Shown: in pieces, positions 1 to 8,792 of the stretch | Position numbering within the stretch: the first letter of the stretch is position 1 | Layout: each line of letters opens with the position of its first letter | NCBI GenBank assembly: GCA_023247475.1 | Contig: JAHFGK010000003.1 | Coordinates: 1-41,148, forward strand | Origin: Candidatus Omnitrophota bacterium | GTDB lineage: Bacteria > Omnitrophota > Gorgyraeia > Zapsychrales > JAHFGK01 | DNA length: 41,148 nt | Reading direction: 5' to 3' | Made by a program: the position numbers and the translations under genes | Notes under the pieces: generated by a model | Told to the model about the DNA's origin: nothing | The model's input: the letters and a program-made list of their open reading frames with translations, nothing else | Databases searched by the model: none

Positions 1-542
1 AGTCTTTCGGTGGGGATCGTCACTTTTCTTACCTGCAAATGTTTATGGCCTCCAAACTCAATGTAGTTAAAGCCACCATAAGCGGCCAGAGTCTGATCCT
101 GACAGCCGACATTATCTTTACACATCTGTTGTTCAATATAAATAGCCTCTCTGGCTAACCGATCCTTAGTCGGCATCACCCCCAACAAAGCATAGAAACT
201 ATTTAAAAGTCCAACGGTAAAAGAGGAACTCGATCCTAAACCGGTTCGTGCCGGTAGATCTCCGTCATGATGAATTTCCACTCCTTGTTTGATCTTTAAA
301 AATCGCAAGACTTCGCGCACCGCTGGGTGATCAATTTCATCAATGTTTGTAACATGCTCCATTTTGGAATAGATAACACGGGATTTGTGCTCAAAAAAGG
401 GCGGAAGGTAACGACAGGTAATGTAACAGTATTTATCGATGGTTGTTGCTAAAACGGCTCCTGGATGCTCTTTAAACCAAGCGGGATAATCTGTTCCCCC
501 ACCAAAAAATGAGACACGAAATGGTGTGCGACTGATAATCAT
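1..542 (-). CDS. GHMP-family sugar kinase (HddA / D-glycero-D-manno-heptose-7-phosphate kinase-like); 3' end runs off the window
   Basis: Absent from the ORF track because it has no stop in the window. My reverse-strand translation from the ATG at 542-540 gives MIISRTPFRVSFFGGGTDYPAWFKEHPGAVLATTIDKYCYI...HHDGDLPARTGLGSSSSFTVGLL, which contains the GHMP motif PxxxGLGSSS. Its start overlaps the stop of the upstream radical SAM ORF as ATGA. Confidence 0.8.
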   Translation of the reverse strand, partial: MIISRTPFRVSFFGGGTDYPAWFKEHPGAVLATTIDKYCYITCRYLPPFFEHKSRVIYSKMEHVTNIDEIDHPAVREVLRFLKIKQGVEIHHDGDLPARTGLGSSSSFTVGLLNSFYALLGVMPTKDRLAREAIYIEQQMCKDNVGCQDQTLAAYGGFNYIEFGGHKHLQVRKVTIPTER

Positions 543-2059
543 GAGGCAGTGACTCTTGCTTTCTCTTCCAGAATTTTTCGTCTTAATTTGATTTGTGTTG
601 ACTTGAGAGTCTCATCAACGGCCATTTGTCCGAACTTTTCTTTTAACAATGCTAGGTAGCGCGGATTTGTATGGTACCTCATCCATGCTTTATCGCGGAA
701 CCCCAAGACCTCTTCCGCAGTTAAGTGTTTTGTGGGTAAAGGTTGGGTGTAATAGGAATGTTGGGAAAAACCCGCATACCCACTGGGGAGCTTCCACCCT
801 TCTTTCTTAGCGATCCCATACAAAGGACTCCCGGGATAAGCCATGGCGCTATAAAAATTTGCTCCTTCGGTGTTTAATTCTATAGCCAAATCCAAAGTTT
901 CCTGCATCGTTTGTAAATTATCTTCGGGCAATCCGAAAATATAATTGCCCATCACATTAATCCCATGATCTTTAATCTTTTTAACAATATCGCGAATGTC
1001 GATTTCTTCGAATTTACCTTTAACCACATCACTTCTCACTTTCTTATTGCCGCTCTCTATCCCGAGGGCTAAGAAATTCACGCCCGCCTTTTCTAAAGTT
1101 TCCAGGTATTGTTCTTTCACCGTATCTACCCGCGCATAACACCAGATATTAAAATCATATCCTCGCTGAATAATCAGTTCACACAAATTCATAAAATGAT
1201 TTGGATTAAGGACAAACATCTCATCGGCAATCTTAATATTCTTAATTCCTATTTTAGCAAACCGATCAAATTCTCGAATAATAAATTCCGGATCCCAAAA
1301 TCGAAAGACATTACTCCCATCGGAATATTCATTTTCCTGTCGATTAATAATGTTGATCATACAAAAACTACACCGAAAGGGACACCCGAGACTTGTGTAC
1401 AATGCCACAAAGGGTTGTCGTTCACAATGATTAGGAAGGGCATGCCAGAGAGCGGTCCTGTATTTGTCGACTGGTAACTTGTCCCAAACGATCCCCGGCA
1501 ATTCTTGAGCGAAATCTTTTTTATCAACGATAGGGGATGGTTTGTTTAACACAATTGTGTCGTTATCTCTATATCCTAATCCAAGAACCTTGTCGAGATG
1601 ATCCTCTAAATTTGTTTTTAAAAGATTAGAAATCGTATAAACGCCTTCATTTTGGCAGACCATATCCACACAAGAATGTTTTTCCATCACCTCTCGAGGT
1701 AAAGCGCTGACATGGCCACCCACAAAGAGGATTTTAATTTCCGAAGCAACCTTTTTGACTTGTTCCGCTAACGAGACGGCCCCTTCCATATTTTGAGAAC
1801 TTGCCGAAGGTTGCTGTCCATACACCACAAAACAAGCCACCCGAGGGTAAAATTCTTTGATCCTTTGGGCAGCCGTGACATCGTCCAATTGTAAGGCTTC
1901 GCAATCTAGAATTTCTGCCCCCAAACCCCTTTGCAAACAATGAGCCGTTAACATCCCCGCCCAAATGGGAGGTTCAATCGCCGAATAACCCTTACTTAAA
2001 TCTTGATAGATTTTATGGGCAGCGTTGGGATGAATAAATAAAATATCGAATTGTTTCAT
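539..2059 (-). CDS. B12-binding-domain radical SAM enzyme (class B rSAM)
   Basis: 506-aa ORF. The N-terminal region resembles a cobalamin-binding domain (FDILFIHPN...IEPPIWAGML). The CxxxCxxC cluster is CPFRCSFC. It sits inside a sugar-modification cluster. Confidence 0.8.
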   Translation of the reverse strand: MKQFDILFIHPNAAHKIYQDLSKGYSAIEPPIWAGMLTAHCLQRGLGAEILDCEALQLDDVTAAQRIKEFYPRVACFVVYGQQPSASSQNMEGAVSLAEQVKKVASEIKILFVGGHVSALPREVMEKHSCVDMVCQNEGVYTISNLLKTNLEDHLDKVLGLGYRDNDTIVLNKPSPIVDKKDFAQELPGIVWDKLPVDKYRTALWHALPNHCERQPFVALYTSLGCPFRCSFCMINIINRQENEYSDGSNVFRFWDPEFIIREFDRFAKIGIKNIKIADEMFVLNPNHFMNLCELIIQRGYDFNIWCYARVDTVKEQYLETLEKAGVNFLALGIESGNKKVRSDVVKGKFEEIDIRDIVKKIKDHGINVMGNYIFGLPEDNLQTMQETLDLAIELNTEGANFYSAMAYPGSPLYGIAKKEGWKLPSGYAGFSQHSYYTQPLPTKHLTAEEVLGFRDKAWMRYHTNPRYLALLKEKFGQMAVDETLKSTQIKLRRKILEEKARVTAS

Positions 2060-2080
2060 AATCTTATGAAATCTTCCTGT

Positions 2081-3013
2081 TCATACATTTGTAAACTGAT
2101 TCCGTTTAATGATCTGGAATCCTTTGATCAACTCTCGAATACCTTCTGGTAGAGATACATCGGGCTTAAAACCCGTTTTTTCGATCCTTTCATTGCTGAC
2201 GATGTAATCGCGCTTGTCGGGATCTTCGCCAATCTTCGATTCAACAAAATAAAATTCTGGCACTTGCCTTTTGATTTCTTGACAGAGCTCCAATTTGCTT
2301 AAATTCGCATCACTTAAGCCCACATTATAGGGTTCATTTTTCATCTTGTCAAAATTGTTCAGGCAATGAATAAAAGATTTTGCTACGTCGCGCACATGAA
2401 TATAATTGCGTTTAAAATGCGCCTCAAAAAGAACAATAAAACGGTCATACATAGCTCGATAAACAAAATCATTAACCAAAAGATCTAAACGCATCCGTGG
2501 GCTGATTCCAAATGCAGTCGCTAAACGCAAAGTGATGCTACCACCCGCATTGAGAATGGCTTCTTCCGCTTCCACTTTTAATTTGCCATAAAGGGATATG
2601 GGTTTTAACGGTGTCTTCTCATTACAATACTTACCCTTTTGGCCCACGCCATAACCGCTATTGGTGGTGGGATAAATAATAATCTGCTGTTTGCTTCGCA
2701 ATTTCAAAATCATCTTAACCGTACCCAAGATAATGCTCTCAGCCGCCTGGGGGTCTTTGACACACAAGGGAGCGCCTGTTAAACAGGCCAGTGGGAAAAT
2801 AGCATCCGCATCTTTTATCAATTTTGAAATAAAGGCCTTATCTCTTGTGTCTCCGCGAACAACCGTTAATCTGTGGTCATAACAACAATCCAATAGGGAG
2901 GGTTGGTTATACATAAAGTTATCCAAAACCACCACCTCATGATTTTCCTTTAATAAAGCAGGTACAAGGATGGCCCCTAAGTAGCCTGCGCCGCCAGTGA
3001 CGAGAATTTTCAT
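2081..3013 (-). CDS. NAD-dependent epimerase/dehydratase (extended SDR)
   Basis: 310 aa. The N-terminal Rossmann motif is MKILVTGGAGYLG. The YxxxK motif is present as SLYGKLKVE. Confidence 0.85.
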   Translation of the reverse strand: MKILVTGGAGYLGAILVPALLKENHEVVVLDNFMYNQPSLLDCCYDHRLTVVRGDTRDKAFISKLIKDADAIFPLACLTGAPLCVKDPQAAESIILGTVKMILKLRSKQQIIIYPTTNSGYGVGQKGKYCNEKTPLKPISLYGKLKVEAEEAILNAGGSITLRLATAFGISPRMRLDLLVNDFVYRAMYDRFIVLFEAHFKRNYIHVRDVAKSFIHCLNNFDKMKNEPYNVGLSDANLSKLELCQEIKRQVPEFYFVESKIGEDPDKRDYIVSNERIEKTGFKPDVSLPEGIRELIKGFQIIKRNQFTNV

Positions 3014-3029
3014 TGTTTGAACTCCATTT

Positions 3030-4034
3030 TTATTTCGTTGTTCGGGGTTCGGGGTTCGGATTTTGTAACTTTTCTTTCACCAACGATTCACCATCCCCGA
3101 TTGACGAACCCCATTGCTTTCCATACCACTCATATGTCCTACGAATCCCTTCCTTCAAATCCACCTTTGCCCTCCAACCTAGCTTATGGATTCGACTACT
3201 CTCCAACAATTTTCGCATCACGCCATCGGGTTTGGAAGTATCATAAATAATTTTACCGGAAAATCCAGAAACTTCTTTAAGAATTTGTGCCAGTTCCTCA
3301 ATCGACACATCGTAACCACATCCGACGTTGAGCATCTCGTTTCCTTCATAACGATCCATCAAAAATAAAGCCGCTTCGACAAAATCATCCACATAAAGAA
3401 ATTCTCTTCGTGGTTTCCCTGTCCCCCAGACAACAACCTCTTTTTTACCCGAACTGACCGCCTCATGAAATTTTCCTATAATCGCCCCAATCACATGAGC
3501 CGTTTGTAAGTCCACATCACTCCCCGGACCATAAATGGTGGCTGGGATCATCACAATGGCGTTCAAACCGTACTGCCGTCTATAGGATTGACAAAGTTTG
3601 ATTCCAATAATTTTGGCTACAGCATAAGGCTCGCTCGTCGGTTCCAAAGGTCCCGTTAAAAGATATTCCTCTTTCATCGGCTGCGGACATTCCTTAGGGT
3701 AAACACAGGAGCTGGAAAAAAAAAGTAACTTTCTAGTCCCAAACTTCCAAGCCGAATGAATAACATTGTTCTGACTTTCCAAGTTATGATAAATAAACTC
3801 CGCGGGAAATTCTTGATTGGCCCCAATTCCTCCCGAACGCGTCGAGGCTAAAAATACATATTCAGGTTTATGTTGAGAAAAAAAATGATAGACGGAATTT
3901 TGGATAATCGTATTTAAGGCAATGGCTGACGAGGAAAAGACCTGAGAATAGCCCTGGGATTTAAAATAGTTATAAAGAGATTTTTCAATGATATCATTGT
4001 GACCAACTATCAAGATCTGGGAATCTTTCTTCAT
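3030..4034 (-). CDS. GDP-L-fucose synthase (Fcl/WcaG)-like SDR epimerase/reductase
   Basis: 334 aa. Fcl-like core motifs are SSSCVYPKECPQPMKE and EPYAVAKIIGIKLCQSYRRQYG (YxxxK). The N-terminal glycine motif is atypical (IVGHNDIIEKS). There is a C-terminal N/P/E-rich tail. Confidence 0.7.
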   Translation of the reverse strand: MKKDSQILIVGHNDIIEKSLYNYFKSQGYSQVFSSSAIALNTIIQNSVYHFFSQHKPEYVFLASTRSGGIGANQEFPAEFIYHNLESQNNVIHSAWKFGTRKLLFFSSSCVYPKECPQPMKEEYLLTGPLEPTSEPYAVAKIIGIKLCQSYRRQYGLNAIVMIPATIYGPGSDVDLQTAHVIGAIIGKFHEAVSSGKKEVVVWGTGKPRREFLYVDDFVEAALFLMDRYEGNEMLNVGCGYDVSIEELAQILKEVSGFSGKIIYDTSKPDGVMRKLLESSRIHKLGWRAKVDLKEGIRRTYEWYGKQWGSSIGDGESLVKEKLQNPNPEPRTTK

Positions 4035-4058
4035 TCAATTCGTTCGTTCCTTTAAAAG

Positions 4059-4595
4059 CTACTTTTGCTGATAAAAATTTCCGTGCTCAATAAGAAGCGT
4101 GGATTTATTATCCGTACGTTCTAGGGCATGCTTATAAGCGGTGAAAATATCTTCGGGTTCATTTAATTCCACCACCTCAATCCACGTAAACATTTTTTTA
4201 AAACCTTCGGCATAATTGCCTACATGTTGGTGGCCAGGATGAACGGGTGTATCGGGCCCACTAGCTACTCTGATAATAACCTTTGGAACCCATTGATAGG
4301 AACTGATCACCGGTATTTTATCTAACATATTCACCATATCAGCTGTCGCTATTAATAGAAAATTTTGTCGCGGATAAACAGAAATGGGAATATATCCTGC
4401 TAAAGCCAAACCGATAGTAAACTGCATTTGAAAACTCTCATTAACCGGCATCTCAAGGGCGCGATCTTTAGGAATATCCCGTAACGTCTGAAACATAAAC
4501 GTCCCCGGGCCCGCCACCGTCTGGCCCAAAAATAAAGTTTGGGGCTGCTGAGCCAGCCACTCCATTGTTCGTTTAAGTTCGTCGAAGTATTTCAT
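4059..4595 (-). CDS. TPP-dependent enzyme, beta-like subunit (transketolase/E1-beta pyrimidine-binding domain only)
   Basis: 178 aa. LFLGQTVAGPG...EMPVNESFQMQFTIGLALAGYIPISVYP resembles the Pyr domain of E1-beta/transketolase. The stop of the alpha-like ORF lies 4 nt upstream of this start. Confidence 0.6.
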   Translation of the reverse strand: MKYFDELKRTMEWLAQQPQTLFLGQTVAGPGTFMFQTLRDIPKDRALEMPVNESFQMQFTIGLALAGYIPISVYPRQNFLLIATADMVNMLDKIPVISSYQWVPKVIIRVASGPDTPVHPGHQHVGNYAEGFKKMFTWIEVVELNEPEDIFTAYKHALERTDNKSTLLIEHGNFYQQK

Positions 4596-4598
4596 TTT

Positions 4599-5228
4599 TT
4601 AAAACTTAATCAGCTTGCCCAATCCCGAATGGGGAAATCCATTCACATATTTAAAATAAATAATTTTCTCTTCGTACTTCGTATTTTTAAACCAAGGATC
4701 CGGACATCCCCAGACTTCTCTTGTGTTGGTCATAACACTCAAACCATTATCGCAAACAATAAATTTGACGGGCAAATCAAAATTAAAAGCATACTTGACC
4801 GCTTCATGAAAACTTCCTGTTTCGGCCGACATATCGCCGCAAAAGATAAAAACGCGCCCCTTTTTATTTTGCTGCTTTAACGCCCACGCAACCCCAACCG
4901 CTGTACCCATCAAGCTACCTGCAATCCCGGAACAAAGAACTTTATATTCTGGGAAACACAAAGAAATACTTTTCCCATCCAAAATCGCTTGCTTGACTTG
5001 TTCCCTCGGTACCCCTTTAAGAAGCGCTAATTCGTGTGAGTCCCAATAACCAAAGACATAATCATCAGGGCCAATATCATTTTCTTTAAATATTTTAATA
5101 AGCTGTTCTTCTCGACCAGCCCGAAGATGAACCGGCGCTCGAATTGCCCCCGTGGCGAAAATATCCGCGATTTCTTTCTCAAAATTGGCTAAATCTTCTT
5201 TTGTAATCGTTGTGTGGGCTAAAACCAT
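4599..5228 (-). CDS. TPP-dependent enzyme, alpha-like subunit (E1-alpha/transketolase PP domain)
   Basis: The TPP-binding motif is GDMSAETGSFHEAVKYAFNFDLPVKFIVCDNG (GD...N spacing). The ORF track extends to 5285. I prefer the internal Met (MVLAHTTITKEDL), which is preceded by GGAAG. The start is uncertain. Confidence 0.6.
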   Translation of the reverse strand: MVLAHTTITKEDLANFEKEIADIFATGAIRAPVHLRAGREEQLIKIFKENDIGPDDYVFGYWDSHELALLKGVPREQVKQAILDGKSISLCFPEYKVLCSGIAGSLMGTAVGVAWALKQQNKKGRVFIFCGDMSAETGSFHEAVKYAFNFDLPVKFIVCDNGLSVMTNTREVWGCPDPWFKNTKYEEKIIYFKYVNGFPHSGLGKLIKF

Positions 5229-5288
5229 AATTTTTTCTTCCGAGGAGAACAGGAGCAGTATAACGAAAATCCCCTGTCCGTTCAACTG

Positions 5289-6003
5289 CTAATTTGAATT
5301 ATTAGAGAACCACTGAATCGTTTCTTGCAAACCCTCTTCCAATTTAACTTTCGGTTCCCATTTTAAATACTTTTTAGCCAAACTGATATCGGGCTGACGT
5401 TGTTTAGGATCATCCGTCGGAAGGGGTTTAAAAACAATCTTACTTTTGGTCCTTGATAACTTGATCACCAATCTAGCAAATTCCAAAATAGTAAACTCAT
5501 AAGGATTACCGACGTTGACCGGTCCATGGATTGGCGCATAAAGGAGTCTTACAACGCCTTCAATCAAGTCCGAGTAAAAACAAAATGACCTTGTCTGTTG
5601 ACCGTTGCCGTAAACGGTCAGAGGCTGATCATGGAGAGCTTGATAAATAAAGTTGGGAACCACCCGACCATCGTTAATACGCATCCGCGGGCCATAGGTG
5701 TTGAAAATTCGAACAATCTTCGTATTGATTTTATGATAACGATGATAGGCAAAAGTAATCGCCTCGGCAAAACGTTTGGCTTCATCATAAACACCACGCG
5801 GGCCAATAGGATTCACATGCCCCCAATAGGTTTCCTTCTGAGTCCTTATTTTTTAATAAGTGTTTAACATTTTCTTGACTACCTGTAATTAAATTATCCA
5901 CACAGATTACTTTCAAGCCATCCAGTATAAATCGGTCACATAAGTGGCTGCCTAAAAAGCCAGCTCCCCCAGTGACAACGGCAATTTTCCTTCGTTTAAC
6001 CAT
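5289..6003 (-). pseudogene. Decayed UDP-glucuronate decarboxylase (UXS/ArnA-type SDR): internal deletion plus frame change
   Basis: ORF 5785..6003 encodes the Rossmann N-terminus ([48 protein letters not shown]). ORF 5289..5816, in another frame, encodes the region from (QKE)[20 protein letters not shown] to the C-terminus. The roughly 75-90 aa that normally separate these parts are missing. Confidence 0.75.
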
Positions 6004-6020
6004 TTTTTAATTTTCTATTC

Positions 6021-7322
6021 CTAAAGTTTAATTATTTTTTCATCATTGATATTGCGATAAACATTACGAATGTCAAAAATAAATCGAGAATGCTTTCTGA
6101 TCAATGCGTAATTAACCTTCGTATGATCAGTGGCTATCACCACACAGTCATAGCGAGGCAAAACATTGGCTTTGAGTTGAATCGATTTTAAATGGAGCGC
6201 GTCAATCTTAAGATACGGTATAATGGGATCGTAATACTCCACTTTCGCTTTCGCGGACTGTAAAATTTCGATGAGCTTTAGCGGTGGAGATTTGCGTAAG
6301 TCTTTGACATTTTTCTTATAGGTCACACCAATAATCAACAATTTGGATTTATTAAGAGTTTTATTTTTTCTTCTAAGAATTTCTTTAAGACGATCAACGG
6401 CATAATGAGGCATATATAGATTCGTATCAGCTGAAAGCTTAATATACTTTGAACTAAAACCATATTGCTTTGCTTTCCAGTAAAGATATAAAGGGTCGTC
6501 GGGTATACAATGCCCCCCCACTCCCAGTCCTGGATAAAAGGGCATAAATCCGAAAGGTTTCGTTTTAGCGGCCTCAATGACTTCCCAAACATCAATCCCC
6601 AGTTTATGGCACATCATGGCCACTTCATTGATCCAACCGACGTTAATGATACGGAATGAATTCTCCAACAACTTAGTCATCTCCGCAGCCTTAGCAGAGG
6701 AGACCAGATGAACTTCTTTAATAATCTTTTTGTAAAGTAATTTCGTGAGTTGTCCGCAACTGGCCGTTAATCCACCAACCAACTTAGGGATTTTGGTGAC
6801 ATCATATTGTTTATTACCGGGGTCAATCCTTTCCGGAGAAAAGGACAGATAAAAATCTCGACCAGCTTTGAGACCACTTTTTTCCAACTCCGGTTTAATT
6901 AATTCCTCGGTTGTTCCCGGATAAGTCGTACTCTCCAAAATGATAAGCATATCTTTTTTAATATATTTTCTAACGGTTCGCACGGCGCTTAATATATAAG
7001 AAATATCCGGTGTATATTTTCTCTTTAAGGGTGTCGGCACACAAATGATAACCACATCTACAGTCTTTAAAACTTCGAAATCTGTTGTGGCCTCAAAATA
7101 CCCATGACTCATGATAGTTGCAACCTCTGGGGTTGGCACATCCAGTATGTAGCTTTCTTTATTATTCAATCGCTTGACTCGGTCTCGATCATTATCCACC
7201 CCAATGACGTTAAAACCCACTTTCGCAAAATTGACCGCTAAAGGTAATCCCACATACCCTAATCCCAGGATTGCTAAGCGGGCCTTTTTTCTTACAATTT
7301 TTTCCTTTAAATTTCTAGACAT
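6021..7322 (-). CDS. Nucleotide-sugar dehydrogenase, UDP-N-acetyl-D-glucosamine 6-dehydrogenase (WbpA/TviB/Cap5O)-like
   Basis: 433 aa. The N-terminus is LAILGLGYVGLPLAVNFAKVGFNVIGVDND. The catalytic Cys context is GVGGHCIPDDP. Confidence 0.8.
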   Translation of the reverse strand: MSRNLKEKIVRKKARLAILGLGYVGLPLAVNFAKVGFNVIGVDNDRDRVKRLNNKESYILDVPTPEVATIMSHGYFEATTDFEVLKTVDVVIICVPTPLKRKYTPDISYILSAVRTVRKYIKKDMLIILESTTYPGTTEELIKPELEKSGLKAGRDFYLSFSPERIDPGNKQYDVTKIPKLVGGLTASCGQLTKLLYKKIIKEVHLVSSAKAAEMTKLLENSFRIINVGWINEVAMMCHKLGIDVWEVIEAAKTKPFGFMPFYPGLGVGGHCIPDDPLYLYWKAKQYGFSSKYIKLSADTNLYMPHYAVDRLKEILRRKNKTLNKSKLLIIGVTYKKNVKDLRKSPPLKLIEILQSAKAKVEYYDPIIPYLKIDALHLKSIQLKANVLPRYDCVVIATDHTKVNYALIRKHSRFIFDIRNVYRNINDEKIIKL

Positions 7323-7341
7323 CTTTCTTAGGCATTCCCTT

Positions 7342-8673
7342 TCATCTATTGTTTTTGGACATTCCTCTTCCTATCCCATAATATTCGAATCCAAGTTGCT
7401 CTAAATGGTCACCGTGAAAAAGGTTACGGCCATCAAAAATAATTGTCTGTCGCATCAGATGCCGTAACTTTTGAAAATTGATTTTCTTAAATTCTTCCCA
7501 TTCGGTTAAGACCAAAAGACAATCACATCCTTTAGCTAACGTGTATGGGTCTTTACAAAAAGTTACTCCTTTTAAAATTTTTTCGGCATTGACCATGGCT
7601 TGCGGATCATAAGCCTTGATGACGGCGCCCTCATGACGCAAGGTATGAATAATATCAATGGCAGGAGCATTACGCATGTCATCGGTATTAGGCTTAAACG
7701 CTAAACCTAAAATACCAATCATCTTATTTTTAATAATCCACAATTTATCCTCGATCATACGAATAAAGGAAGCCTTTTGTTCTTCATTCACATTCCTTAC
7801 TTCCTTTAATAAACTAAAATGATAACCATTCTTTTCACTTAAGCGGATGAAGGCATCCACATCTTTAGGAAAACAACTTCCCCCATAACCAATCCCTACA
7901 TTTAAGAAACTTCTACCGATGCGTTTATCCAATCCCATGCCTTCGGCAACTTTTAAGACATCGGCACCAACACGGTCACAAATCTGCGCAATGGAATTAA
8001 TAAACGAAATCTTGGTAGCCAAAAAAGAATTCGAGGCATGCTTAATAATCTCGGCAGAATTAATATCGGTCACAACAAGATGCGTATGGAGAGGTTTATA
8101 AATTTCCCGGAGTAATTTCTCTGCCCGCTTGGATTCTACCCCCATCACGACACGATCAGGATGCATAAAATCTTCAATGGCGGAGCCTTCTCTTAAAAAT
8201 TCCGGATTAGAGGCCACATCAAGTTCTATTACCTTGTTTTTACGCTGATACTTCCGCGGCAGATTTAGTCGAATGGTGCGTTCAATCCTTTTTCCCGTCT
8301 CCGCAGGGACGGTTGATTTTTCGATGATTAATTTATAAGAATCAATATTGAGGGCAATTTCGCGGGCGACATTTTCAACATAAGTTAAATCCGCTTCTCC
8401 ATTGGGTTTGGAAGGTGTTCCTACCGCAATAAAAATGACCGTAGATTTTTGCGTTGCCTCTTTAATGGATGTTGTGAAAAGAATTTTTCTTCTTTTCATA
8501 TTTCGGGCAAGCAAAGTTTCTAATCCCGGTTCATAAATCGGCACTTTACCCGATTTAAGCTTTTTAATTTTCTCCTGGTCATTATCGGCACAGATAACCT
8601 TGTGCCCTATTTCTGCTAAACACACACCCGTCACCAGGCCAACATACCCTGAACCAATAATCGAGATATTCAT
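7342..8673 (-). CDS. ugd: UDP-glucose 6-dehydrogenase
   Basis: 443 aa. Motifs are MNISIIGSGYVGLVTGVCLAEIGHKVICADND, GYGGSCFPKDV and LGLAFKPNTDDMRNAP. Confidence 0.9.
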   Translation of the reverse strand: MNISIIGSGYVGLVTGVCLAEIGHKVICADNDQEKIKKLKSGKVPIYEPGLETLLARNMKRRKILFTTSIKEATQKSTVIFIAVGTPSKPNGEADLTYVENVAREIALNIDSYKLIIEKSTVPAETGKRIERTIRLNLPRKYQRKNKVIELDVASNPEFLREGSAIEDFMHPDRVVMGVESKRAEKLLREIYKPLHTHLVVTDINSAEIIKHASNSFLATKISFINSIAQICDRVGADVLKVAEGMGLDKRIGRSFLNVGIGYGGSCFPKDVDAFIRLSEKNGYHFSLLKEVRNVNEEQKASFIRMIEDKLWIIKNKMIGILGLAFKPNTDDMRNAPAIDIIHTLRHEGAVIKAYDPQAMVNAEKILKGVTFCKDPYTLAKGCDCLLVLTEWEEFKKINFQKLRHLMRQTIIFDGRNLFHGDHLEQLGFEYYGIGRGMSKNNR

Positions 8674-8792
8674 ATCAACCTCTTCTCTTCTCAGGTTCCT
8701 TAAAGTTGCTTAAAGTTCTTTGACGTTACGGTTGTTATCGAAAAGAACAAGAAACCTCACGAACATCATGAACCCTTATGGCACCTATTCTA

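Noticed and set aside
1109-1477. Numerous 60-120-aa plus-strand ORFs nested in minus-strand genes, for example 1109..1477, 23388..23693, 24457..24753, 27564..27842 and 35585..35944.
   Set aside because: Each is antisense to a CDS with clear family motifs and has no motif or RBS of its own. This is typical shadow-ORF behaviour.
5785-6003. Treating 5785..6003 (72 aa) and 5289..5816 (175 aa) as two independent small genes.
   Set aside because: Together they are the N- and C-terminal parts of one SDR decarboxylase, they overlap out of frame, and neither is a complete fold. They are reported as a pseudogene instead.
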